Position numbers and translations under genes: made by a program. Of a stretch of 64,000 nt of DNA, positions 47,743 through 54,876 are shown in pieces. Numbering within the stretch: position 1 is the first letter of the stretch; the number at the start of each line of letters is the position of its first letter. Source of the stretch: Syntrophobacterales bacterium (GTDB lineage Bacteria; Desulfobacterota; Desulfobaccia; Desulfobaccales; 0-14-0-80-60-11); NCBI GenBank assembly GCA_037388025.1, contig JARRKO010000039.1, positions 10,295 through 74,294 on the forward strand. The letters are read 5' to 3'. Under the pieces are notes generated by a model. The model searched no databases and was not told where the DNA came from. It was given only the letters and a program-made list of their open reading frames with translations.

Positions 47743-48483
47743 ATGACGCGACTGCCCCGGCAACTGGAAGACCTGGCCAGGGTCCTCACCTATCTGTTCT
47801 GCCACCGGCCGGACGAATTCGGTCTGGTGCTGGACCCTGAGGGGTTTGTCCCGGTCAAGCAGCTTCTGCAGGCCCTGGCGGCGGAGCCGGGCTGGGGACA
47901 CGTCCGCCGCCACCACCTGGAGCAGTTAGCCGGCCTGCTTCACCCTCCCCGCTTTGAGCTGGCAGAGGACCGTTTCCGTTGTTTGACCCCGGGTCCGGCC
48001 CAGCTCCGCCAACCCGGGGAAGAACTACCGGCGCTGCTGTATATAGCCATTCCCGCTAAAGCCCATGAGCCGGTTTTTGCCGCGGGCTTGAAGGCCCCCC
48101 GGGGGCAGGAGCTTATCCTGGCCGACACCCCGGAGCTGGCCGTGAAGCTGGGCCGCCGACGCAGCCCCGAGCCCATTTTGGTCACGGTGCAGGCCCAGGC
48201 CGCCACCCGGACGGGTGTTACCTTGGACAAGTACGGCGAGCACCTGTATCTGGCCCGGGAAGTTCCCCGAAAATTCCTGCAACTGGCCACCCCGACCCCC
48301 CAACCGGAAAAACCCAAGCCGGAAAAGGCCGCGCCGCCTCCCCGCCCCCTCTCCGGCACCGTGGTCCTGGACCTCCCCGAGTTCCTGGGAAAGCAAACTC
48401 GGGGCAAAAGCAAGGGCAGAAAGGACGAACCGGCCTGGAAGTCCGGAGCCCGGGCCCTGCGCCGGCAGCGCCGTAAAAAATAG
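47743..48483 (+). CDS. Tpt1/KptA-like (RNA 2'-phosphotransferase fold) protein with basic C-terminal tail; catalytic residues apparently not conserved
   Basis: N-terminal LARVLTYLFCHRPDEFGLVLDPEGFVPVKQLL parallels LS..LRHRPE.LGL.LD..GWV. The later blocks lack the Arg/His of the catalytic tetrad. Confidence 0.45.
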   Translation: MTRLPRQLEDLARVLTYLFCHRPDEFGLVLDPEGFVPVKQLLQALAAEPGWGHVRRHHLEQLAGLLHPPRFELAEDRFRCLTPGPAQLRQPGEELPALLYIAIPAKAHEPVFAAGLKAPRGQELILADTPELAVKLGRRRSPEPILVTVQAQAATRTGVTLDKYGEHLYLAREVPRKFLQLATPTPQPEKPKPEKAAPPPRPLSGTVVLDLPEFLGKQTRGKSKGRKDEPAWKSGARALRRQRRKK

Positions 48484-48558
48484 CTTTGAGCTTTGAGCTT
48501 TGAGCTTTGCGCTATAAGCTTTAAGCTATGAGCTGTAGGTCTTGAGTTTCGAGTTTTC
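48482..48558. repeat. Longest heptad array in the window (11 units, AGCTTTG type)
   Basis: agctttg x4, then cgctata agcttta agctatg agctgta ggtcttg agtttcg agttttc. Begins at the stop codon of the preceding gene and runs to the 5' end of the VOC gene. Confidence 0.9.
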
Positions 48559-48576
48559 ACTTCAATCGTTACCTTT

Positions 48577-48981
48577 GTGGTCCGGGATATGGAAGAGGCC
48601 AAGCGCTTCTTCGGGCTTTTGGGTTTTCAGGTGGACCTGGACGTCACCATCTCCGGCGAGGTCATTGAGCGCTACCTGGGGATCAAGGACATCGAAGCCC
48701 AGCATGTCACCTTGGCGCTGGCCGACTCGCCGGTGCGCCAGGAAATACAGCTCCTGCAATACAGTCACCCCGACCCCATCCCCGATCCCCATATCAATGA
48801 TCTTAATAAACTGGGGTATAACCACGTCTGCTTTGTGGTGGAAGATATTGAAGCAGAGGTGGCAAGACTCAAGGCCAACGGCGTCAAGTTTCGGAACGAC
48901 ATCATGGACTTCCATAGCCGGAAACTGATTTATTTGTATGGGCCCGAGGGCATTACCCTGGAACTGGCGCAATGGCATTGA
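48577..48981 (+). CDS. VOC-family (glyoxalase/bleomycin-resistance fold) protein
   Basis: 134 aa from GTG. Text VRDMEEAKRFFG..GF and HVCFVVEDIE..G. The in-frame upstream FTSIVTF looks like the first beta-strand but has no canonical start. Confidence 0.75.
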   Translation: MVRDMEEAKRFFGLLGFQVDLDVTISGEVIERYLGIKDIEAQHVTLALADSPVRQEIQLLQYSHPDPIPDPHINDLNKLGYNHVCFVVEDIEAEVARLKANGVKFRNDIMDFHSRKLIYLYGPEGITLELAQWH

Positions 48982-48996
48982 GATTGCGGCGAGTTT

Positions 48997-49575
48997 ATGC
49001 CGGCAGAAAGCCTTTCTCTTGATTGTCTCATCGTTTTAGGAGCCCGCCTCAACCAGGAGGGCCGTCCCGGTCGCATCGCCCGTATGCGGGTGGAGCACGC
49101 CCTCCGTCTCTGGCAGGCGGCGGGCGGCACCTGCCGCCTGTTGATCACGGGGGGATGCTCCCGGGGGAGCCTGGCCGTCTCCGAAGCCCGGGCCATGGCC
49201 AACCATGCTCTGGACTTAGCTGAAACGCAGTGGGGCCCGGATTCCCGGGAACGCCTGGGAACCTGCCTGGTGCTGGAAGAAACCAGTCGGACCACCCGGG
49301 ACTCGGCCCGCCATACCCTGCCCCTGGTCCTTGACTTGCAGTTCGGCGCCGTGGGCCTGGTCTCCGACGCCCTGCACCTGCGCCGGGCCCATTATCTCTT
49401 CCGCCGCCATTACCAGCCCCACCCCGTTAGGCTGCACCCCCTCCCCGTCCCCGGGGTCTGGCGCCACTACTGGCAAAACCGGCGTTACCTCTGGCTCACC
49501 AAGATGGCCCTCCGGGAAAGCGGCGCTTGGCTCAAGGTCCTGACCCGCCGGACCAGGCCCCGGAGAGAAAAATAG
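48997..49575 (+). CDS. YdcF/ElyC (DUF218) family protein
   Basis: CLIVLGARL...LLITGG... layout, 192 aa. Confidence 0.7.
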   Translation: MPAESLSLDCLIVLGARLNQEGRPGRIARMRVEHALRLWQAAGGTCRLLITGGCSRGSLAVSEARAMANHALDLAETQWGPDSRERLGTCLVLEETSRTTRDSARHTLPLVLDLQFGAVGLVSDALHLRRAHYLFRRHYQPHPVRLHPLPVPGVWRHYWQNRRYLWLTKMALRESGAWLKVLTRRTRPRREK

Positions 49576-49789
49576 CAAGTCTTTCGTGTTTAACCCGAAA
49601 AATGCCCAAAAACCTTACCGGACAGGCGCCTAAATCCCTTTTTCAGCAAGGGGTCTGGCAAAACTCCAACTGTTTTGCAGCTATCCTCCCTTTTTTCGCC
49701 AAAAAAGACTTGACAGATAGACGGAATGGGATTAAAAAGGCATGGATTAATTAAGAAAATTTTCACAATACCTCGCCACGGATTCACCC

Positions 49790-51658
49790 ATGCTGGAGAT
49801 CAAAAAAGTCGAAAGCGCCACCCTGAGTCCTCCGCAGATTGCTGATATCCAGGACATTTGTTCCCGCTTCAGCCGCATCAAAGGCGGCCTCCTGCCTGCG
49901 CTGCACGCGGTGCAGAGCGTCTGCGGCAATTGGCTTCCCATGGAAGCCCTGCAACTGGTCTCCCGGGAGTTTAACCTGCCCTATGCCTATCTGTATGGCG
50001 TCTTGAGCTTTTATACCATGTTCGCCACCCAGCCCCGGGGTAAGCACATCATCCGCCTGTGCGAATCCCCGCCCTGTCACGTCATGGGTGCGGAAAGCCT
50101 CCAGGAGGTGTTGGAAAAGGAACTGGGCATCCACGTGGGCCAGACCACCGAGGACGGCCTCTTCACCTTGGAGCACACCGCCTGCCTGGGAGTGTGTGAA
50201 ATCGCCCCGGCTATGCAAATCAATGAAGTGGTGCACGGCCGCCTCACCGCGGACTCGGTGAAGCAAATCCTGGCCGACTACCGGGCGGGCAAGGCCCCAG
50301 ATTACCGCACCATCCGGCGTACCACCAATCCCTTGAGCGACTATCCGGCCAGCCCCGACGAGGTGACCCTGCTCAGAAACGTCGACCAGATCGATCCTAT
50401 GAGCATCGATGACTATCTGGCCCAGGGCGGCTATGAGGGCCTCAAGCAGGTGGTCACCACCATGACCGATGAAGAGGTGGTGGAATTGGTGAAAGCCTCA
50501 GGCCTGCGGGGCCGGGGCGGCGCCGGCTTCCCCACCGGCCTCAAGTGGTCTTTCACCCGACCCTCCCCCATCAAGCCCAAGTACATCGTCTGCAACGCCG
50601 ACGAAGGGGAGCCCGGCACCATCAAGGATCGTTACCTGATGGAAGGCGACCCCCACCGGGTCCTGGAAGGCATAGCCATCACCGGCTATGCCGTGGGCGC
50701 CAATCAGGCCTATATCTACGTCCGGGGCGAATATTATCTCAGCATGCTCCGCCTGCAAAACGCCATTGACCAAGCCATGGACAAAGGCTATTTGGGGGAC
50801 AACCTCTTCGGCACCGACTTTTCCTTTCGCATTCAGATACAAACCGGCGGCGGCTCCTATGTCTGCGGTGAGGAAACCGCGCTCATCGAGTCCATTGAAG
50901 GCAAACGGGGCTATCCGCGGGTCAAGCCCCCCTTCCCCGGCCAGGTGGGGGTGTGGAACAAACCCACCATCGTCAACAATGTGGAGTCCATGGCCAGTGT
51001 GCCGGATATCATCGTCAAGGGCGCGGAGTGGTACGCGGCCAAAGGCACCGAGGACTCCAAGGGTACCAAGATCCTCCAGGTGGTGGGCCAGGTCAACAAG
51101 CCCGGCATCGTGGAGGCCAATCTGGGCATGCCCCTGTCTGACCTGATCGACAAGATCGGGGGCGGCGTGCGCCAGGGCCGGAGAATCAAGGCGGTCCAAC
51201 CCGGCGGCGCGGCCTCGGGCTTCATCCTCCCAGAGCACGTCGATACGCCCCTGGAATATAAAGCCATGATGGAGGTGGGGGGCGCCTTGGGTTCCGGCAC
51301 CATGCTGGTCCTGGACGATACCACCTGTGTGGTGGACGTGGTCCGGTGCTTGATGTACTTCTTCCAGCACGAGTCCTGCGGCTTCTGCCTGCCCTGCCGC
51401 CGGGGCACCCGGGTGCTCTATGAGCTGGTCTGCAAGGTGGCCGAAGGCAGAGGCGAAGAGGCGGATTTGGATCGCCTGCTGACCTTGTCCAAAACCATGG
51501 TGGACAGCACCAACTGCGCTCTGGGCTGGAGCCCCCATTCGTTCCTTAAGACCACCATCGAGCGCTTTAGGGACGAGTGGCTGGCCCATGTAGCGGGAAA
51601 CTGCCCATTAGGCGTATGTAAAAAGGAAGAAGCCCCGGCTCAGGCTGCGGGGGAATAA
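49790..51658 (+). CDS. nuoF: NADH-quinone oxidoreductase NuoE-NuoF fusion protein
   Basis: N-terminal NuoE-like 2Fe-2S thioredoxin-fold text (CESPPCHVMG...CLGVCEIAPA) followed by NuoF motifs (GLRGRGGAGFPTG, CNADEGEPGT, ESCGFCLPCR). Confidence 0.88.
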   Translation: MLEIKKVESATLSPPQIADIQDICSRFSRIKGGLLPALHAVQSVCGNWLPMEALQLVSREFNLPYAYLYGVLSFYTMFATQPRGKHIIRLCESPPCHVMGAESLQEVLEKELGIHVGQTTEDGLFTLEHTACLGVCEIAPAMQINEVVHGRLTADSVKQILADYRAGKAPDYRTIRRTTNPLSDYPASPDEVTLLRNVDQIDPMSIDDYLAQGGYEGLKQVVTTMTDEEVVELVKASGLRGRGGAGFPTGLKWSFTRPSPIKPKYIVCNADEGEPGTIKDRYLMEGDPHRVLEGIAITGYAVGANQAYIYVRGEYYLSMLRLQNAIDQAMDKGYLGDNLFGTDFSFRIQIQTGGGSYVCGEETALIESIEGKRGYPRVKPPFPGQVGVWNKPTIVNNVESMASVPDIIVKGAEWYAAKGTEDSKGTKILQVVGQVNKPGIVEANLGMPLSDLIDKIGGGVRQGRRIKAVQPGGAASGFILPEHVDTPLEYKAMMEVGGALGSGTMLVLDDTTCVVDVVRCLMYFFQHESCGFCLPCRRGTRVLYELVCKVAEGRGEEADLDRLLTLSKTMVDSTNCALGWSPHSFLKTTIERFRDEWLAHVAGNCPLGVCKKEEAPAQAAGE

Positions 51659-51687
51659 AGATAATCATCTCCTGGTTCCCTCATTAA

Positions 51688-51891
51688 ATGGGAAACAACT
51701 GGATAACCGGGGTCATGGCGAGTTACCTTATCAAAGTGGAGAAGACGAACGGCAAATATTCCGCCACTTGTCCGGATCTGCCAGGTTGTGTGGCCACCGG
51801 CAGGACCCGGGGAGAACTTCTTCAACGCATGTCGGAAGCACTGAAGCTACACCTGGAAGGTCTGCGGGAAGACAAGTTGCCTCAGCCGTAA
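51688..51891 (+). CDS. HicB-like antitoxin-fold protein (UPF0150), orphan
   Basis: YLIKVEKTNGKYSATCPDLPGCVATGRTRGELLQRMSEALKLHLEGL matches the HicB N-domain pattern. The start may be Met at 51715. Confidence 0.6.
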   Translation: MGNNWITGVMASYLIKVEKTNGKYSATCPDLPGCVATGRTRGELLQRMSEALKLHLEGLREDKLPQP

Positions 51892-51972
51892 TCCAGGGGC
51901 TTTGCGGCATATATCTCTATTCATCTTTAAGTCGAACCCTCTGATTCCCGAGTTGGGAAGCTGATGGGAAAT

Positions 51973-52000
51973 TTGAATAAAGCAACCTTACCCCTATAAT
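51973..52000 (+). promoter_or_regulatory. Candidate sigma70-type promoter immediately upstream of nuoA
   Basis: TTGAAT, 16-nt spacer, TATAAT. The -10 element ends 12 nt before the nuoA ATG, implying a very short leader. Confidence 0.35.
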
Positions 52001-52012
52001 AAAGGTTTCTTT

Positions 52013-52369
52013 ATGCTCATTGACTACTTACCTGTCCTGATCTACATGGTCATCGCCGTCGGCCTGGTGGTGCTGATTGTGGGCATGTCCGAGTTCCTCG
52101 GCAAAAAGAAGCACACCTACCAGAAGGACCTGGCCTACGAGTGCGGCATGGACCCCATCGGCGACGCCCGCCACCGCTATGCGGTGCGCTTTTACGTCAT
52201 CGCCATGTTCTTCATCGTGTTCGACATTGAAGCCATCTTCCTCTACCCCTGGGCCGTGGTCTTCAAGCCCCTGGGCTGGTTCGGTTTCGCGGAGATGGCT
52301 GTCTTTATCTTTATCCTGGTAGTGGGTTTGGCCTACGTCTGGGGTAAAGGCGCCTTGGAGTGGGAGTGA
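52013..52369 (+). CDS. nuoA: NADH-quinone oxidoreductase subunit A
   Basis: 118 aa, three TM helices, YECGMDP motif. Confidence 0.9.
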   Translation: MLIDYLPVLIYMVIAVGLVVLIVGMSEFLGKKKHTYQKDLAYECGMDPIGDARHRYAVRFYVIAMFFIVFDIEAIFLYPWAVVFKPLGWFGFAEMAVFIFILVVGLAYVWGKGALEWE

Positions 52370-52378
52370 TAAAGACGG

Positions 52379-52392
52379 TTTTCTGTTTTCGG
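52379..52392. repeat. TTTTCGG-type heptads (nuoA-nuoB spacer)
   Basis: GGTTTTCTGTTTTCGGTAAA: one mismatch to the 20-mer found at 54755 and 59052. Confidence 0.85.
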
Positions 52393-52455
52393 TAAATAAA
52401 AAAGGACCCAATTATCCTGCGCTAAAAACCAACAACGGTTTTTTGGAGTATCTGC

Positions 52456-52971
52456 ATGGGCATCGAAGAAAAACTGGGCTACAACGTCCTGACCACAACC
52501 CTCGAGAAGTTAGTGGACTGGGGGAGAAAAAGCAGCCTCTGGCCCTGTACCTTCGGGCTGGCTTGCTGCGCCATTGAGATGATCGTCACCGCGGCCAACC
52601 GTTGGGACATCGCCCGCTTCGGCATGGAAGCCTTTCGGGCCAGCCCTCGGCAGGCCGACCTCATGATTGTGGCCGGCACGGTCTGTAAAAAAATGATGCC
52701 CGCCATCGAACGCATTTATGAGCAGATGACCGAACCCAAGTGGGTCATCGCCATGGGGGCCTGCGCTTCTTCCGGGGGTATTTTTGATTCTTACTCGGTG
52801 GTCCAGGGGATTGACCTCTACCTGCCGGTGGACGTCTATATCCCCGGGTGCCCGCCCCGGCCGGAAGGTCTGCTCTATGGCATCCTGAAACTTCACGAGA
52901 AAATCTTGAAGGATCCCTTCTTAACTCAACAATACCGGGAAAAGCTGGCAGCCCGGCAGGAGGCGGCCTGA
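52456..52971 (+). CDS. nuoB: NADH-quinone oxidoreductase subunit B
   Basis: [15 protein letters not shown] and PGCPP motifs. Confidence 0.93.
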   Translation: MGIEEKLGYNVLTTTLEKLVDWGRKSSLWPCTFGLACCAIEMIVTAANRWDIARFGMEAFRASPRQADLMIVAGTVCKKMMPAIERIYEQMTEPKWVIAMGACASSGGIFDSYSVVQGIDLYLPVDVYIPGCPPRPEGLLYGILKLHEKILKDPFLTQQYREKLAARQEAA

Positions 52972-53429
52972 TGCACGTCGCGGTGGATCTCCTTAAAAAG
53001 CAGTTTCCGTCCGAAATCGTGGAGGTGGTGGAACATCGGGGGGACACCACCGTCGTCGTCAAGCCCGGTCGCATCCGGGATATTTGCCGGTTTCTCCGGG
53101 ATGATGAAACCGTGTCTTTCAAATATCTGTCGATGATTGCCGGGTTGGACTACGCGCCGCAAAGCCCCCGGTTTGCGGTGGCCTATAACTTGTATTCCCA
53201 TAAAAACCACGACCGCCTGACCTTGAAAGTATTTCTGGAGAGCGACACCGCGCCGACCATCGACTCGGTGGTCCCGGTGTGGTCCACCGCGGACTGGCAC
53301 GAACGGGAAGCCTTTGACCTCATGGGTATCAAGTTCAGAGGTCACCCCCAGTTGAAACGCATTCTGATGCCGGCGGACTGGAAGGGCTATCCTTTGAGGA
53401 AAGAATACCCCCAACGGGGGAGTGATTAG
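52971..53429 (+). CDS. nuoC: NADH-quinone oxidoreductase subunit C
   Basis: Start at MHVAVDLL overlapping the nuoB stop (TGATG). ERE.FD..G..F.GHP text. Confidence 0.88.
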   Translation: MHVAVDLLKKQFPSEIVEVVEHRGDTTVVVKPGRIRDICRFLRDDETVSFKYLSMIAGLDYAPQSPRFAVAYNLYSHKNHDRLTLKVFLESDTAPTIDSVVPVWSTADWHEREAFDLMGIKFRGHPQLKRILMPADWKGYPLRKEYPQRGSD

Positions 53430-53526
53430 CAGTCAGCAGCCAGTAATCAGTATTGGGATGGTTTAGAGAGTTAGTCAAAATTTTTTCATCAACGAATAAG
53501 TCTTGTAGCTCATAGCTCATAGCTTT
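53424..53526. repeat. Heptad arrays in the nuoC-nuoD spacer
   Basis: gattagc agtcagc agccagt aatcagt (53424-53451) and tagctca tagctca tagcttt (53506-53526). Confidence 0.8.
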
Positions 53527-53540
53527 CTCAAGGAACTTCA

Positions 53541-54734
53541 ATGGAACAGGTTAAACCCATCCCCCAAACGGAAATCATGGTCCTGAACGTGGGCCCCCAG
53601 CACCCCAGCACCCACGGTGTTCTCCGGGTGTTGGTGGAGCTGGACGGCGAGGTCATGGTCAGGGCTGAACCGGATATCGGCTATCTCCACCGCGGCATTG
53701 AGAAGCTGTGCGAAAACCGCACCTACCACAAGTGCCTGCCCCTCATGAACCGGGTGGATTATTTGGCCGGTGAGGTGAATAACTTCGGCTTCTGCCTGGC
53801 GGTGGAAAAGCTGCTCGGCATCGAGGTGCCCAAGCGGGCTCAGTACATCCGGGTGATCATGGCCGAATTCACCCGCATCGCCTCCCACATCTTCTGGCTG
53901 GGCACCCATGCCCACGACCTGGGAGCCATGACGCCATTGTTTTACGGTTTCCGTGAACGGGAAAAGATCATGGACCTGTGCGAAATGGTCTCCGGCGCCC
54001 GCATGTTTCCCCTTTATTTCCGCATCGGGGGCCTGGCCGCGGATCTACCCGAGGGCTTTTTGGCCAAGGCCATGGAATTCGTCAAAGAATTCCCGGACAA
54101 GTGGAAGGACTACGACAACCTGCTCACCAAGAATGAAATCTGGAAGGAACGCACCATCGGGGTGGGCGTCATGACCGCGGATGAGGCCCTGGATTGGGGC
54201 TGGTCCGGCCCCATGGCCCGGGGTTCGGGCGTCGATTGGGACCTGCGCCGGGATAACCCCTATTCCAGTTATGAAGACTTTGACTTTGTAGTACCCCTGG
54301 GCACGAAAGAAGGGGACACCTACTCCCGCTACCTGGTGCGCATGCAGGAGATGCTGCAGAGCAACCGCATCCTGCGCCAGGCCCTGGAAAAGCTGCCTGA
54401 GGGCGATATCAAGGTGGACGACCCCCGGGTAAGTCTTCCCCCGAAGGACAAGGTTTACAGCGATATCGCCGCGCTCATCAGCCATTTTAAGCTTATCCAG
54501 GAGGGTATCAAACCTCCGACCGGCGAAATCTACCAGGCCATCGAAGCTCCCAAGGGGGAACTGGGCTTTTACCTGATCAGCAACGGCACGGGCCAGCCTT
54601 TCCGGGTGAAGATCAGGGCGCCTTCCTTCGTGGTGCTGAATTCGTTGGGGAAATTGTCGGAGGGGCGCCTCTTGGCCGACCTCATCGCGCTCATCGGCAC
54701 CATGGACATCGTGCTGGCGGATGTGGATAGGTAG
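53541..54734 (+). CDS. nuoD: NADH-quinone oxidoreductase subunit D
   Basis: 397 aa. GPQHPSTHGVLR and RIRAPSF-like (VKIRAPSF) motifs. Confidence 0.93.
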   Translation: MEQVKPIPQTEIMVLNVGPQHPSTHGVLRVLVELDGEVMVRAEPDIGYLHRGIEKLCENRTYHKCLPLMNRVDYLAGEVNNFGFCLAVEKLLGIEVPKRAQYIRVIMAEFTRIASHIFWLGTHAHDLGAMTPLFYGFREREKIMDLCEMVSGARMFPLYFRIGGLAADLPEGFLAKAMEFVKEFPDKWKDYDNLLTKNEIWKERTIGVGVMTADEALDWGWSGPMARGSGVDWDLRRDNPYSSYEDFDFVVPLGTKEGDTYSRYLVRMQEMLQSNRILRQALEKLPEGDIKVDDPRVSLPPKDKVYSDIAALISHFKLIQEGIKPPTGEIYQAIEAPKGELGFYLISNGTGQPFRVKIRAPSFVVLNSLGKLSEGRLLADLIALIGTMDIVLADVDR

Positions 54735-54753
54735 GGCGGGCGTCCCGCCCGCC
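54730..54753. repeat. 24-nt hairpin element identical to 8380-8403
   Basis: GGTAGGGCGGGCGTCCCGCCCGCC is a perfect match at both loci. Here it starts within the last codons and stop of nuoD. Confidence 0.9.
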
Positions 54754-54756
54754 GGG

Positions 54757-54853
54757 TTTTCGGTTTTCGGTAAAGAGACTCGGGAGGAAAGCTGATAGCT
54801 GACTGATAACTGCTGAGCACTGACAGCTGACAGCTGATAGCCGATAGCTCAAA
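54757..54853. repeat. Heptad arrays in the nuoD-nuoG spacer (TTTTCGG x2, then 9 units of GCTGATA type)
   Basis: ttttcgg ttttcgg (54757-54770); gctgata gctgact gataact gctgagc actgaca gctgaca gctgata gccgata gctcaaa (54791-54853). Confidence 0.9.
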
Positions 54854-54876
54854 GGCAATCAATACAGGAAAGAACT

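Noticed and set aside
48481-48560. Possible CRISPR array or coding low-complexity region (heptad array). The same question applies to 54791-54853.
   Set aside because: The unit length is 7 nt with no spacers, there are no cas genes, and the arrays are open in several frames only because of their repetitiveness.
51600-52012. Search for a HicA toxin partner of the HicB-like ORF.
   Set aside because: No ORF with HicA-like text (dsRBD-like, about 60-80 aa) on either strand. The 61-aa minus-strand ORF at 51640-51825 looks like a shadow frame.
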